From contig OX597835.1 of the NCBI GenBank assembly GCA_951406725.2, forward strand, positions 20,708,001 through 20,772,000: a DNA stretch of 64,000 nt, given 5' to 3'. The notes under the pieces are model-generated. The model made no database searches, had not been told where the DNA came from, and saw only the letters and a program-made list of their open reading frames with translations. Of this stretch, positions 14,011 to 27,995 are shown one piece after another. A program made the translations under genes and the position numbers. How positions within the stretch are numbered: the first letter of the stretch is position 1; each line of letters begins with the position of its first letter. Source of the stretch: Octopus vulgaris. Taxonomy: Eukaryota.

Positions 14011-14264
14011 GTGTCGAAGGAAATTATGGAGTAGGCACAAGAAGGATTGTGCCGGTGCTTGAATCATACAACCTGGTAACATAGGGTGTTACTCTGATTC
14101 TGTCACAAAAATGCATTAAGAGTTCGCATGTCTGAGGAATGACCTGCAACATACACGTCAATAAACGTAGCAGGTAATTTAGTTGAATAGGCACGTGAAT
14201 TCGCATCGTCGAAAGACAGAGATATGGAAAAAGAAAATGCCCACACGCACGCACACACACACAC

Positions 14265-16018
14265 ACATGCATAACCACATTCATGCATATGTACACACAC
14301 AAACACAAATGCATATGTACACACACAAACACACATGCATATGTACACACACAAACACACATGCATATGTACACACACAAACACACATGCATATGTACAC
14401 ACATAACCACATTCATACATATGTACACACACAAACACACATGCATATGTACACACACAAACACACATGCATATGTACACACACAAACACACATGCATAT
14501 GTACACACACAAACACACATGCATATGTACACACATAACCACATTCATGCATATGTACACACACAAACACACATGCATATGTACACACACAAACACACAT
14601 GCATATGTACACACACCAACACACATGCATATGTACACACACAAACACACATGCATATGTACACACACAAACACACATGCATATGTACACACACAAACAC
14701 TCATGCATATGTACACACACAAACACACGTGCATATGTACACACACAAACACACATGCATATGTACACACACAAACACACATGCATATGTACACACACAA
14801 ACACACATGCATATGTACACACACAAACACACATGCATATGTACACACACAAACACACATGCATATGTACACACATAACCACATTCATGCATATGTACAC
14901 ACACAAACACACATGCATATGTACACACACAAACACACATGCATATGTACACACACAAACACACATGCATATGTACACACACATGCATATGTACACACAC
15001 ATGCATATGTACACACACAAACACACATGCATATGTACACACACAAACACACATGCATATGTACACACACAAACACACATGCATATGTACACACACCAAC
15101 ACACATGCATATGTACACACACCAACACACGTGCATATGTACACACACAAACGCACATGCATATGTACACACACAAACACACATGCATATGTACACACAC
15201 CAACACACATGCATATGTACACACACCAACACACGTGCATATGTACACACACAAACACACATGCATATGTACACACACAAACACACATGCATATGTACAC
15301 ACACAAACGCACATGCATATGTACACACACAAACACACATGCATATGTACACACACAAACGCACATGCATATGTACACACACAAACACACATGCATATGT
15401 ACACACACAAACACACATGCATATGTACACACACCAACACACGTGCATATGTACACACACAAACACACATGCATATGTACACACACCAACTCACATGCAT
15501 ATGTACACACACCAATACACGTGCATATGTACACACACAAACACGCGTGCATATGTACACACACAAACACACATGCATATGTACACACACAAACACACAT
15601 GCATATGTACACACACAAACACACATGCATATGTACACACACCAATACACATGCATATGTACACACACAAACACACATGCATATGTACACACACAAACAC
15701 ACATGCATATGTACACACACAAACACACATGCATATGTACACACACAAACACACATGCATATGTACACACACAAACACACATGCAGATGTACACACACAA
15801 ACACACATGCATATGTACACACACAAACACACATGCATATGTACACACACAAACACACATGCAGATGTACACACACAAACACACATGCATATGTACACAC
15901 ACAAACACACATGCATATGTACACACACAAACACACATGCATATGTACACACACAAACACACATGCATATGTACACACACAAACACACATGCATATGTAC
16001 ACATACAAACACACATGT
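14265..16018. repeat. Minisatellite, 26-bp unit GCATATGTACACACACAAACACACAT (~65 copies)
   Basis: Direct reading; period 26 (e.g. 14941 to 14967), with a few variant units. Confidence 0.97.
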
Positions 16019-16307
16019 AGTATTAATAATGAAAACGGAGATTTTTCTCATCCATAAGTGTATTCAGTTATTTACAACATTTTTCGGGACCTACACGTGT
16101 TTCAACTGCAGCGACTGCACACTGTTGCCTATGTAGCCTACCATCAGGGCCAGTGCAGTTTCAACAGGACCGTTGTAGTTACCCGGCATCTGAAACCGAC
16201 CTGAGAGGAAACACGATTACTGCTAGGATAATATATACCCTCAAACTCATTTAGCCACTACACACACCTTTTTTCTCCCCTTGTTTCTCTCGTTTTTTCT
16301 GTGTCCC

Positions 16308-16341
16308 TTTCTGTAGAAGAGCGTAGGATCGAAACATAAAA
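16308..16341 (+). ncRNA. Degenerate minimal hammerhead (same family as 29555-29588)
   Basis: UUU-CUGUAGA-AGAGCGUAGGAUC-GAAAC-AUA-AAA. Several core substitutions. Confidence 0.4.
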
Positions 16342-16434
16342 TACTTTTTCTCTTCCTGACCGTTATACTAATACATCTGTTTGTTTTGTACACCTCCTCT
16401 CTTCGTATTTTTTTTCGTAAACGCTCCCCATTTG

Positions 16435-16470
<36 letters not shown>

Positions 16471-16884
16471 TGTATGTATGTATGTATGTATGCACATAAA
16501 CACGCACGTGTCCCCCTCTTCTTTCCTCCTTCTTTGCTTATAAAACAAAATTCCTTTACACGTGGTTCTTACTATTGAAAAGACTGCCTCCACGCGCTGC
16601 TACTATACTTTTCGTCTTTGCCAGCAAAAGGCTTTTTCGTTCGACCCCCCCCCCCCCCCATGTGGTTGATTTCCTGTATCGTATTCTTTTTATTTTCTCG
16701 TTTTGTAACTAATTGTATTTTTTGTACATGTAATTTTATTTTTGCAGTTTTATTGTTTGTCTATGCCAGAAAAAAGGCTTTTTAGTTCGTCCTCTTGTGT
16801 GTTTGTTTTTGTACATGTATTTTAATTTTGCAGTTTTATTGTTACGTCTTGTTTGTGTTCGTACTCATTTGCCCCGCTGCTTGG

Positions 16885-17110
16885 AATTTTATTTTAATTC
16901 TCTCGCAGGAAGGCCTATTGGATTAGTGTTCTGTCTATGCCTTCGAAACATGCCTGACTCCGCTAGCGACAGCTGATGACGGGGGTTTGTCCTTGTGTAG
17001 CTCGTCATGTATTTGTTTTTCGTTTTCTTGTTTTTCGTTTTTCGTTTTCTTTTTTGTTTTTTGTTTTTTTCGGTTTCTACGTCTTATTGTGATGTCCTGT
17101 ACTCCCGTAT
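16885..17110 (+). mobile_element. Short dispersed repeat ending in a T-rich tail next to (TA)n (copies at 29093-29322 - and ~38865-39098 -)
   Basis: Shared blocks TTTAATT..TT.GC.GGAAGG, CCTTCGAAAC, GACAGCTGATGA.GGGG and GTCCTGTACTC.CGTA. Confidence 0.6.
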
Positions 17111-17877
17111 AATTATTTATATATGCATGTATATATACATGTAGATGTAGGTACGTACATATATGTTTGTATGTATGCATATGTTTTTATTTATCACCTA
17201 TATATATATATATATATATCTTCTGAAGAGGGTTAAAGCAGAGAGATACATAAATAATATCGTGGGAATATTAGCTTTAAAAACATTGGTATAGATAAGT
17301 CGAAGGCTATACGTGATCTATCTATCTATCTATACACACAGAGAGGTTGGGAGAGAGACGTCGGTAGCTAATTATTTATTCATTCGTTCTGCAGAGCACA
17401 TGTCTCTTCCAACAGGAATGATCTCTCAGCGCCATCTCTCTGCAGGCTGGCCTTTGTGTCTACGATTCAGATTAGTCGTCACGCCTCGCCTACAAGTCGG
17501 TGAATGGGTTAGTAAAAACCTAAGCTAAGTATGACTCAGAAGGCGGACAGGGAATACAAAAACACCACATGGTATTGTTTCTGATAATCTGTCTGTCATC
17601 AGTCATAAGTATTAATTAAAATTCACCTGCAGGTCAGCAGATAGTTACGTTTGCTTAATCATCATATATAGTTGCTTAGAATAATTACAGAAGGGAAAAG
17701 ATCGGAAATTTTAATTATTATAAACTAATTAAAATGTGAATGCTGACAATTCGTTAGGGAGCGAATATGGTCTTCGCAATACAACTAATACCTCATTGTT
17801 GATAAAACCGTTTTACTTTCGAGCCTGAAGCAACGACAGTAACAACAACGATGACGTTGACAGCAACACCAACAGTA

Positions 17878-18392
17878 GGAGGCGCAATGGCCTAATGGTT
17901 ATGGCAGCGGACTCATGGTCGGAGGATGGCGGTTTCGATTCCCAGACCGGGCGTTGTGTGTGTTTATTATTGAGCGAAAACCACTAAAGCTCCACGAGGC
18001 TCCGGCAGGGGTCGGTGGCGACCCCTGTTGTACTCTTTCGCTGCAACTTTATCTCACCCTTTCTTCCTGTTTCTTGTCCCCGACTTCCTACGCAAGCGCT
18101 GAGCCTGGATGCGCATTCATCCATCCGTTGATGCTCTCAGTGTCGGGGGTTGACCTGCTTTCTCTTCTGCGGGTCTTACGAATAGCAAAGGGCCACGTTT
18201 CGGACTTCTCCTATCTTGCGAGCTCTGGGACGAAGACCGTTCGCTCAACATCAACAGTAGTGGAGGCGCGATGGCCCAGTGTTTAGGGCAGCGAACTCGC
18301 AGTCGTTGAACGCGGTTTCGATTCCCAGACCGGGCGTTGTGAATATTTATTGAGCGAAAACACCTAAAAGCTCCACGAGGCTCCGGCAGAGG
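17878..18392 (+). mobile_element. SINE family C variant with an alternative 3' domain, followed by a second family C head
   Basis: Head 17878-18072 matches family C, 18073-18245 is unrelated to the usual tail, and the second head is 18262-18392. CAACA(C/T)CAACAGTAG precedes both heads. Confidence 0.75.
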
Positions 18393-19174
18393 TCCCGGGA
18401 TCACGTGATATAATTATATATGATGAGAGAGAGAGAGATGACGGCCTTCTTTCAGTTTCCGTCAACCAAATCCACTTAGGCGAAGACAAACTGAACCTAG
18501 AACCTATGTGGTCGATATGCAAACCTCTTACCACACAGCTACGCTTGCACCAACATTTTGGTTTTAATTAATGTTAATTAAAATTTCGGATCTTTTTCTC
18601 TTGTAATTAATCCCCACAATTATAATTGATTACTAAGCAAAGTTAACTTTCTAGTCAGCTCGGCGAGCGGGCTGGTGAATTTTAATTAGTATTTATCACT
18701 GACAACCGCGTGGTGGAATTAGTCTTATCTTTCCTCTAGTTAGTGAAGGTTAGTCACGGCTCAACTATGACACGCTTCGTTGAATCGTGGTTAGTCACGA
18801 TAAAGTTACAACATGCGTGTCAGCAACAACACGCAGCAGTTTACGGGACACGCAGAGAATTTTAATAAGAAATGTACCCGCAACACTGCAAAATCAACTT
18901 AGACGGGTGTTTTATATACGTAACAATTCCTTCTCCCTCTATCTCTCTCTCGCTCTCTCTCAGCCTGACTCTCTCTCTCTCTGCCTGAATCTCTCTCTGC
19001 CTGACTCTCTCACTCTCTTTCTCTCTCTCTCACTCTGAATTGCTCTCTTTCCCTCACTCTTTTTCTCTATCATTGCGTCTGTATGTCTCTCCCTTTCTCG
19101 TTCTCCATCTCTATATCTCCGTGTCTTTCTCTCTCCCTCTCTCTCTCTTCCTCATTTTAATCTTTTATTCTTTT

Positions 19175-19946
19175 ATTTATTTCAGTCATATGACTGCGGC
19201 CATGCTGGAGCACCGCCTTGAAGAGCTTCGGTCGAAGAAATCGACCCCAGGATTTATTGTTTTTTATCCGTAGGAATGGTTGTGTGGTAAGTAGCTTGCT
19301 TACGAGCCACATGGTTCCGGGTTCAGTCCCGCTGCGTGGCACCTTGGGCGACTATCTTCTACTATAGCCTCGGGCCGACCAAAGTCTTGTGAGTGGATTT
19401 GGTAGACGGAAACTGAAAGAATCCCGTCATATACATATATATATATATATGTACTGTGTGTGTGTGTGTGTTAGTGTGTCTGTGTTTGTCCCCCCAACAT
19501 TGCTTGACAACCGATGCTGGTGTGTTTATGTCCCCGTAACTTAACGGTTCGGCATGAGAGACCGATAGAATAAGTACTAGGCTTACAAAGAATAAGTCCT
19601 GGGGATCGATTTGCTCGACTAAAGAGGCGATGCTCCAGCATGGCCGCAGTCAAATGACTGAAACGAGTAAAAGAGTAGTGCTTATCGGGTCTTTTTGCCG
19701 AACCACTAACTTACGGAGACATAGCTACACCAACACCGGCTGTAGAGCGGGGGGGGGGCGAACAAACACACACACACACACATAAATGCGATGTATTTCT
19801 TTCAGTTTCCGTCTACCAAATCCACTCACAAGGCCTTGGTCGGCCGGACGCTATAGCAAAAGGCGCTTGCCCAAGGTGTCACGCAGTGGGACTGAACCCT
19901 GAACCCTCTGGTTTGTAAGCAAGTTTCTTAGCACTCAGCCACGCCT
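19175..19946. mobile_element. Nested SINE family B: a + copy (~19268-19678) inside a - copy (19175-19260 and 19680-19946)
   Basis: Homology to 26487-26925 in both orientations. Confidence 0.8.
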
Positions 19947-20534
19947 ATCTTTCTCTCTCTTTCCCCCCTTTCTTTCTATCTACCCGCATTCTTTTTCCCT
20001 AGTTCTCTCTCTTTCACTCTTTCCTCTCTGTCTCTCTCATCCTCCCTCTCACTTTGCCTGTTTCCCCCCTCTCTCTCTCTAATATGACACATCCTGCTTT
20101 ACTCCACCCGTATCAATTTTTCTCTCCTCCTACACCTCCATCCAAATCTCCCACCATTTCTGTCTGCATCAATAGGGTTTCTTTCGTCTCTACATAATGT
20201 AGCCTTCGTATTTCCAGCGTAGTAAAGGAAACATGAGGAACACTAGCTGTTATTTCTAGCATATTACACTACAGTCTAAACGTTCTTACAAGTACCGATC
20301 AATATACACTTATCACAACCACATTATCTAATCATTAGAAGTCTATCGCCACTCAATCTTTGCTGATATAAGGTATACATGCTTATACACATACAAATTC
20401 ATATATACATACATGTGTGTGTGTGTGTGTATGTGTGTGTGTGTGTGTGTGTGATGCATACATACACTCACAAATATATATCCAGTTATATATATATATA
20501 TGTATATATTATATATGTGTGTCTGTGGGTTTCA

Positions 20535-20635
<101 letters not shown>

Positions 20636-20659
20636 CATATATATATGTATATATATATG

Positions 20660-20703
<44 letters not shown>

Positions 20704-21615
20704 TATACATATATATATGTATATATATATACATATATATATACATATATATATACATATATATATATGTATGTATATATATACATATATATATATGTAT
20801 ATATATATACATGTGTGTGTGTGTATGTATATATATACATATATACATATATATGTATATATATATATATAGTATTCTATGTAAAGTAGTAAGCAACGAT
20901 GAACAGCAGTCAGTATTCATTTATTCTTCTCTTAGTCTTCGATTCGATCAGTTCTTTTAATAACTCCATCGGAACCAATCAATTCCTCAACACTGATAGC
21001 AAGAGAAATATGCTGTCGGAGACCCCCACCCCCACCCCCCAACCCCCAACCCCCCGCCCAACCGCAAAAACAGTGGTCAGAGCAACTCTAACTTTTGGCA
21101 ATCATAATCTCATTATTCAACAGACTAATTCCACCAGCAGAAATGTAAATTTACCATTTCAACGTAGACATACTCTATGGCATATGTTCTTCATGTTCTT
21201 CAATGCAAATATTTTTATCCTGTCTGATCTCCCCATTTGAACGCCGTCCAACAACACGGATTGTGGTGGAATCAATGCTAAGGAAAGCGAAAGCAAACAC
21301 ACACACACAAAGGACCATACACATATATATACATATAAATACATATATGTGTGTAAGTAAATATGCACACACATATACACATATATGAACACACATATAT
21401 GAACACACATATAAACATGTGTGCGTGTACAAATTTGTAAAGGTGGTAATTTTGGGTCAACATGTCCAAACACATTCAGCGCAAATCTTTTTTTTCTGTT
21501 CCAGTCATGGTTTTTACATATCCATATCTGATTGTATGTGATTGTGTGAGTGAATATATAATTTGGAAATATTTTATGCCGCGTTCAATATGTATATGAA
21601 ATATATACAGTTATA

Positions 21616-21648
<33 letters not shown>

Positions 21649-21690
21649 CAAATGAAATAAATGAAAAACAGGACACAAAGGATGGATGTT

Positions 21691-21783
21691 GCGGTACATA
21701 TGTTTCGGGCTTTATAGAACAACTTATTCTTACATCAATGCATAATCGACATAACAGATAGTTCAAAAGCCTTCTTCAGCCGC
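21691..21783 (-). ncRNA. Type I hammerhead ribozyme
   Basis: GCGG-CUGAAGA-A-GGCUUU-UGAAC...GUUC-UAU-AAAGCC-C-GAAAC-AUAU-GUA-CCGC. Palindromic stem III (ACAUAUGU). It lies between (TATG)n and (TA)n. Confidence 0.8.
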
Positions 21784-21824
21784 GTGCAATTGCTACACCA
21801 AAGACTTGTATCACATTATAAAAT

Positions 21825-21850
<26 letters not shown>

Positions 21851-21855
<5 letters not shown>

Positions 21856-22264
21856 GTATTCCAGCCATCTTTATATGGCTAACCACTAGGGGTGTTACTG
21901 TAGCTTTTTAGCCCCAGGAGATCATCGTCTCCCGCTGGCTTTAGACACAATCCTGTGCCCTTTACTGATATTCGCAAAGGGAGGTCATCCCCTCTCGAAA
22001 ACCTAAGTGATACGCATGGACTGCAGTTTCGAGATTACTGTCTCTTGTCAACACACGCTAATCACGGGTTTTCGATAACTGCAGTCCATGCGTATCACCT
22101 AGGCTTTCGAGAGGGGATGACCTCCCTTTGCGAATATCATTAAAGGGTACAGGATTGTGTCTAAAGCCAGCTGGAGACGATGATCTCCTGGGGCTAAAAA
22201 GCTACAGTAACACCCCCCCCCACTCCTAGTGGTTAGCCATATTAAGATGGCTAGTATACTTTAC
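21851..22264. repeat. Foldback inverted repeat (~180-bp arms) with a hammerhead at the inner junction
   Basis: 21851-22028 is the reverse complement of ~22077-22264. Homologous single copies lie at 22482-22610 (+) and 52547-52670 (-). Confidence 0.92.
22012..22058 (-). ncRNA. Type I hammerhead with a U3-A8 core variant
   Basis: GCGUGUG-UUGACAA-GAGA-CAGUAA-UCUC-GAAA-CUGCAG-UC-CAUGCGU; GUC site. Confidence 0.75.
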
Positions 22265-22316
22265 GTTGTCGAGCGCTTACTGTTTACATCTCGTTCAGAG
22301 ATTTATTATTGCTATA

Positions 22317-22384
<68 letters not shown>

Positions 22385-22395
22385 TATATTTGGGC

Positions 22396-22438
<43 letters not shown>

Positions 22439-22496
22439 CATACTTTTGCGCATAAATAATATATATATCTATATATATCGTAATCCGGTGATTACC

Positions 22497-22539
22497 GCCC
22501 GTTGACAAGAGGCAACAACCTCGAAACTACAGTCCGTGC
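22497..22539 (+). ncRNA. Type I hammerhead with a U3-A8 core variant (paralog of 22012-22058)
   Basis: GCCCG-UUGACAA-GAGG-CAACAA-CCUC-GAAA-CUACAG-UC-CGUGC. Stem II covaries (GAGA/UCUC versus GAGG/CCUC). Confidence 0.7.
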
Positions 22540-22661
22540 GTATCACTTAGGCTTACGAGAAAGGGATGGCCTCTCTTTGCAGATACCATAAGGGCACAGA
22601 TAGTGTGCCTCTATTCAACGGCGGTGCATCAGCATGGCCGCAGCTCTGAGCTGAAACTAGA

Positions 22662-22705
<44 letters not shown>

Positions 22706-22750
22706 CAAAATGAAACAAGAACACAAGACATCCGGACAACATTTGTTCTT

Positions 22751-22795
<45 letters not shown>

Positions 22796-23039
22796 CTATG
22801 TGTGTGTGCCTGTGTGTGTGTGTATGTGTATGTATTAAAAATTTAGATTCGGACGAATACGGTACTTAAGTTGAGGAAATAAGGTGATTATATTAAAAAT
22901 TAGTAAAAAATATGTAGCGGGTGACCACTGTGGTCGATGTAATCTAATTATTCACTCCTCTGAAATTGCTGGCCTTGTGACAAAATTCGAAATTAGTTTA
23001 CGTTCATCATATCCAATTCAATATTATCCAAACATCAAA

Positions 23040-23492
23040 GCGGCGAGCTGGCAGAAACGTTAGCACACCGAGCGAAATGCTTAGTGGTATTCCGTCTGTC
23101 GTTACGTTATGAGTTCAAATTCCGCCGAGGTCGACTTTTCCTTTCATCATTTGAGGGTCGCTAAATTAAGTACCAGTAAAACACTTGGGACTCTGTAATT
23201 GATTATGTCCTTCCACGAAATTTCAGTCATTGTGCCTATAGTAGAAAGGATTTAAAGGCGGCGAGCTGGCAGAAACGTGAGCACGTCGGGCGAAATGCTT
23301 AGGGTATTTTTTGTTCCGTTACGTTGTGAGTTCAAATTCTGTCGAGGTCGACTTTACCTTTCATCCTTTCGGGGTCGATAAATTAAGTACCAGTTACGCA
23401 CTGGGGTCGATATAATCGACTTAATCAGTTTGTCTGTCTTTATTTTTCCTCTCTGTGTTTAGCCCCTTGTGGGTAATAAAGAAATAGGTATT
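23040..23492 (+). mobile_element. SINE family A, two copies (older 23040-23230; full-length 23256-23492)
   Basis: Homology to family A. Confidence 0.85.
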
Positions 23493-23733
23493 TCTTCCTT
23501 TCTTTCTTAAATAGGCCACCGTAATATTTTCCATTCCGTAGGATTTCCACGGGTCCCACTCGTCAATTGTATTTGTGTTACCTTTTTTATTTAAAAAAAG
23601 GGAATGTTACAATGAAGTGACTTACATTTACATCCAACATCACATTTAAATAAAAGTGTGCAACTGCATACCCCACAATTTTGTAAAGCGTTGTAATGAA
23701 TTCTTGGGCCCTTCAGGCAAATGCAATGAAAGA

Positions 23734-23818
<85 letters not shown>

Positions 23819-23829
23819 TTACTACTACT
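23734..23829. repeat. (CTA)n microsatellite
   Basis: Direct reading. Confidence 0.97.
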
Positions 23830-24308
23830 GCGTTAATTGTTTCTAAAACGCACGGCATTAAAATAAAATACACACAAATTTACTGCTTTTGAAACTATCA
23901 TAGTTAAATTATTATATTCTCCATTTCATGTAACTTTCGGCATCTCTTACGTCGAATTACCGACCACTGCGCCGCTGTCCACGTGTAGATGTAGTAGTGG
24001 TGGTCATGGTGGTAATAGTTGTTTGGTGGTTGTGGCGTCAGCAGTGTTAGTGCTAGCACTGGCCTAGTGGTGATGCAATTTGGAGAATAAAACTAAGAAT
24101 ATAGCAAAAAAAAATTTATGGAAAATAAGAATTCGATACTTGATGTGTGGTCTTTTTAGTTTGGTGACAACATCAAGTAATAAATTGCTTTCCATTTTAC
24201 AATCATGGACCACACACATTCATTCAGTCAGACTCTCAATCGCACTCAAACAGACATACCCGTATCAATACCAATATCGATACATATATACAGACATACA
24301 TATATGCA

Positions 24309-24370
<62 letters not shown>

Positions 24371-25456
24371 TACACACATGCTATGTATGTATATATATAT
24401 ATATATATATACATACACACATGTTTATGTATGTATGTAATATATATATATATATATATATATATACATGTTTATGCATATGTGTATATATATATATATA
24501 TATACACACATGTTTATGTATATATATATATATATACACCCATGTTTATGTATATATATATATATATATACACATGTTTATGTATATGTGTATATATATA
24601 CATATATATATATATATACGTATATGCTTATATACATACATGCATACATATATATATATGTACTATCTTCAAGCAAGTCACCAGAATCACTTAATGACTG
24701 CCTGTACAAATACACACACAGACACACAGATATATACATAAATATTTGTGTTTATATATATACATACATATATAATTGTTTATGTACTTATGTACACACA
24801 CACATTCGTATGTTAAATGTACAAGTTACTGTTTTTACACTTTGTATTGGAAGATATCAAAAACGTAACCTTTTATTTATATAAATGTCATTGTACGTGG
24901 AGCACATAAATACACGCATGCATACAAACATGCATATATATGTATACATTTCTTTACAAAGATACACACACAGATACTCGCACATGAACACACACATGTA
25001 TGTATTTGAATACTTATTCTCACAACGATACACATTTCTTTATACCTGCATATGTACAAAAACATATATTTCTGAGTCTGTCTAAATATAAAATGTTTTC
25101 GTATTTCTAATATTTGCGTGTATATCTGACTGTATGTATGCATATATACGTACATGTATACGTTTATTTTTGTAACCACACAAACATACATTTACACATA
25201 TAAAAGAGTAGTCTCATATACCGCAGAAATAAAATATATACATTAAGTTGTCCGTTTTATTTATTATTTATATAACAGTATTTGTATATTTTTTGTTTTG
25301 CTTTACTTCGCGAAATTCTCAGTTGTCTAACGGAAGATCAGTTATTTGACAACTATTCATATTAAAGCAGATAAACACAGTTATTTATACGCTAGCCAAA
25401 TACACATCAAATCTTATATTCCTTTCTATGATGCTTCAGCTTCTTTTCCCTCAATT

Positions 25457-25498
<42 letters not shown>

Positions 25499-25703
25499 TT
25501 TTTTTACTTTGCTGCTCTTGCTGGTATGATAGGGGTTGCTTTTCTTTTTAATGGTGTGTCTATCCTGACTTCTACAGAGCTTTTACAGACGTAGACAAAA
25601 TATTTTTGTTTTACTCAGGTTTCCTTCCAGGCATATTCCTTTCTACATATGATAGGTAAATAACACGTTATTTTATCATTCGTACCATTTTCATGCTTAT
25701 GCT

Positions 25704-25734
<31 letters not shown>

Positions 25735-26486
25735 ATTATATAAAAGAATACGATAAAAAGAATCTTCACGTCTACGAATGGATAATTCTTGTTGTAAAAG
25801 ATGTCCTCCGAAATCGCCGTTTGCACACAAACTCACAGAAATGAAGAAATATACACAAAATGGAATTAGGAAAAGGAAGATTATTGTCGATTTCCAACCA
25901 AGGAAAGGAGAAGTAAAGAAGATGTCTTAATACATCATATTTCTATTAATGAAAGTGAAAGTAGCCATCAGATGTAAGCATTCTGTTGATTTAGCATTGA
26001 ATGCACGTTCAAGTTTTCTCCCGCTGCGGATGTATCCTGTCACCGTGCAATGTGGACGATATTTCTGTAATAATAACAATTCCTCATATTGGGTAGAAGG
26101 TTATTGGCGTATTTTAGAGAGGAATTCGACTGATTCTGCTGAGTGCCGGACCAGTTTTCGTACGTTTGTTATTGATCGTAAAGAGATGGATTAATATAGG
26201 AATTTGAATGTATGGAACTGAACTCATCAATACGAAACCGACGCAAGTAAAACCCATTCGTATAGAAAGAAAAAAAAGACATAAATTCATATTACAATTG
26301 TTGGATTTGCTGCAGGTAGTAGGCAAATATCATACAATTCAGAAAGGTAGGTAATTCAAAATATTTATTTTCCATAAGGAATATCTTCGCAGATAATGCC
26401 TAATAAATGCCTCTACAGTTATTGCTGGAACCGTTTTGATGATTCCCTGAAAAAAACAGCAACAATAGGTGCAGGCTACTTCTTAT

Positions 26487-26658
26487 AGGCGCAGGAATGG
26501 CTGTGTGGTAAGTAGCTTGCTTACCAACCACATGGTTCCGGGTTCAGTCCCACTACGTAGCATCTTGAGAAAGTGTCTTCTGTTATAGCCTCGGGCCGAC
26601 CAATGTCTTGTGAGTGGATTTGGTAGACAGAAACTGAAAGAAGCCTGTCGTATATATG

Positions 26659-26693
<35 letters not shown>

Positions 26694-26925
26694 GTGTGTG
26701 TGTATGTTTGTGTGTCTGTGTTTGTCCCCCTAGCATTGCTTGGCAACCGATGCTGGTGTGTTTACGTCCCCGTCACTTAGCGGTTCGGCAAAAGAGACCG
26801 ATAGAATAAGTACTGGGCTTACAAAGAATAAGTCCAGGGGTCGATTTGCTCAACTCAAGGCGGTGCTCCAGCATGGCCGCAGTCAAATGACTGAAGCAAT
26901 TAAAAGAGTAAAAGAGTAAAAGAGT
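26487..26925 (+). mobile_element. SINE family B (tRNA-like head GGCGCAGGAGTGGCTGTGTGGTAAG, CORE-like CCTTGGGCAAGT in most copies, internal TA/TG microsatellite, (AAAGAGT)n tail)
   Basis: Full-length copy with more than 10 homologs in the window. It resembles the published octopus tRNA-derived SINEs (OR1/OR2/OK); the exact family assignment is not verified. Confidence 0.88.
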
Positions 26926-27542
26926 GGTAAGTCCTTGAATTTAGAGGAATATTTTAGCTAATTTTACTTAACCTAATACCTGACTGGTACTTTATTTTAC
27001 CCACAGTGTCAGGGTGAAAGGCAATATTGATATCAGTAGGAATTGAACTCAGGAGGTAATGAGTCGAACCAATTACCGCAACACATTTTCTCTGAGGCGC
27101 TAACGATTCAGCCATCTCACCAGTGGGACAACAACGGTACTCTAAATATTTCCTGGTTTAGACACAAGGCCAGCAATTTTGAGGGAAAGACTATTGAAGG
27201 TAAACGATCACAGAGTACCACTGGTACTGCAATTTGTCGACCACGAAGCTACATAAATGCAATTAGAACTAGTCTTTAAATATGAGGAAGGGGGCAGTAT
27301 TAGTAGATAAAATCGTATTCTGAACACACAAAAGTAAGTTGAATATAAAGAACTGGAACTAAATTCGGAAACAATTTTGAACGACGCTGTCCAAATGACC
27401 AGTGTAGGTGTCGATATAAACTCTGATCCATCTCTGTAATGTATGTTTATTTATATATATATATTTCAAAATGTAACCGCGTGTGTACCGTTGGCGATTT
27501 TTTCCTCCGTCTTCCCTTCTCTGGATCTTTCCTTTTCCTATG

Positions 27543-27575
27543 TTTTTGACGAAGAGCTCCGCTCGAAACGTTAAA
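27543..27575 (+). ncRNA. Minimal hammerhead motif (C3>U)
   Basis: UUU-UUGACGA-A-GAGC-UCC-GCUC-GAAAC-GUU-AAA. The element (~27472-27680) ends at (TA)n. Confidence 0.55.
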
Positions 27576-27674
27576 TCGTCTTCCTTTCCTTCCTTTCCTG
27601 AGCGTCCAATAATACTATACTTGTTCCACGTACTCGCGTTGTTTTGTTTTCTCTTTGTGTTTCCATGCTTGGAT

Positions 27675-27704
<30 letters not shown>

Positions 27705-27709
<5 letters not shown>

Positions 27710-27935
27710 CATTTGTTGCCAGTGTGTAAAGAATAAAGATTATGTGTTTATTATTGTATCCAAAATGGCGATCAACAAGTGCATTATAAGCATTGGCCAC
27801 AAAATGTATCTGTTTGTAACGAGTGTTGAAGCAAGAGAAGCAAAAATATAGTCACATATATGGATAAGGGGGAAATGCTGAAGATGTACCTAAGACGCCT
27901 GGTAATAAACTGGTCGGATGTCATAAAAATATTTG
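27705..27935 (+). pseudogene. Possible 3' end of a Penelope-like GIY-YIG ORF followed by a decayed hammerhead
   Basis: Frameshifted peptide LLYPK/MAINKCIISIGHKMYL resembles the PLE C-terminal pattern ILY.P..ATLNKR.E.ISKCRH...YL (from memory). It is followed by CTGAAGA..TACC..GGTA..AAACTGGTC. Confidence 0.35.
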
Positions 27936-27995
27936 GATAATATTGTTTTTTTTCTACTTTACTTACAAAGCCCGAAATTTTGGGGGAGGGGTCTA

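Noticed and set aside
14265-16018. Regularly spaced repeats resembling a CRISPR array
   Set aside because: No unique spacers, eukaryotic context and no cas genes.
17219-17306. CTGAAGA with a TTAAAGC/GCTTTAA stem after (TA)n
   Set aside because: The GAAA box is missing. Possibly a deleted HHR, but unsupported.
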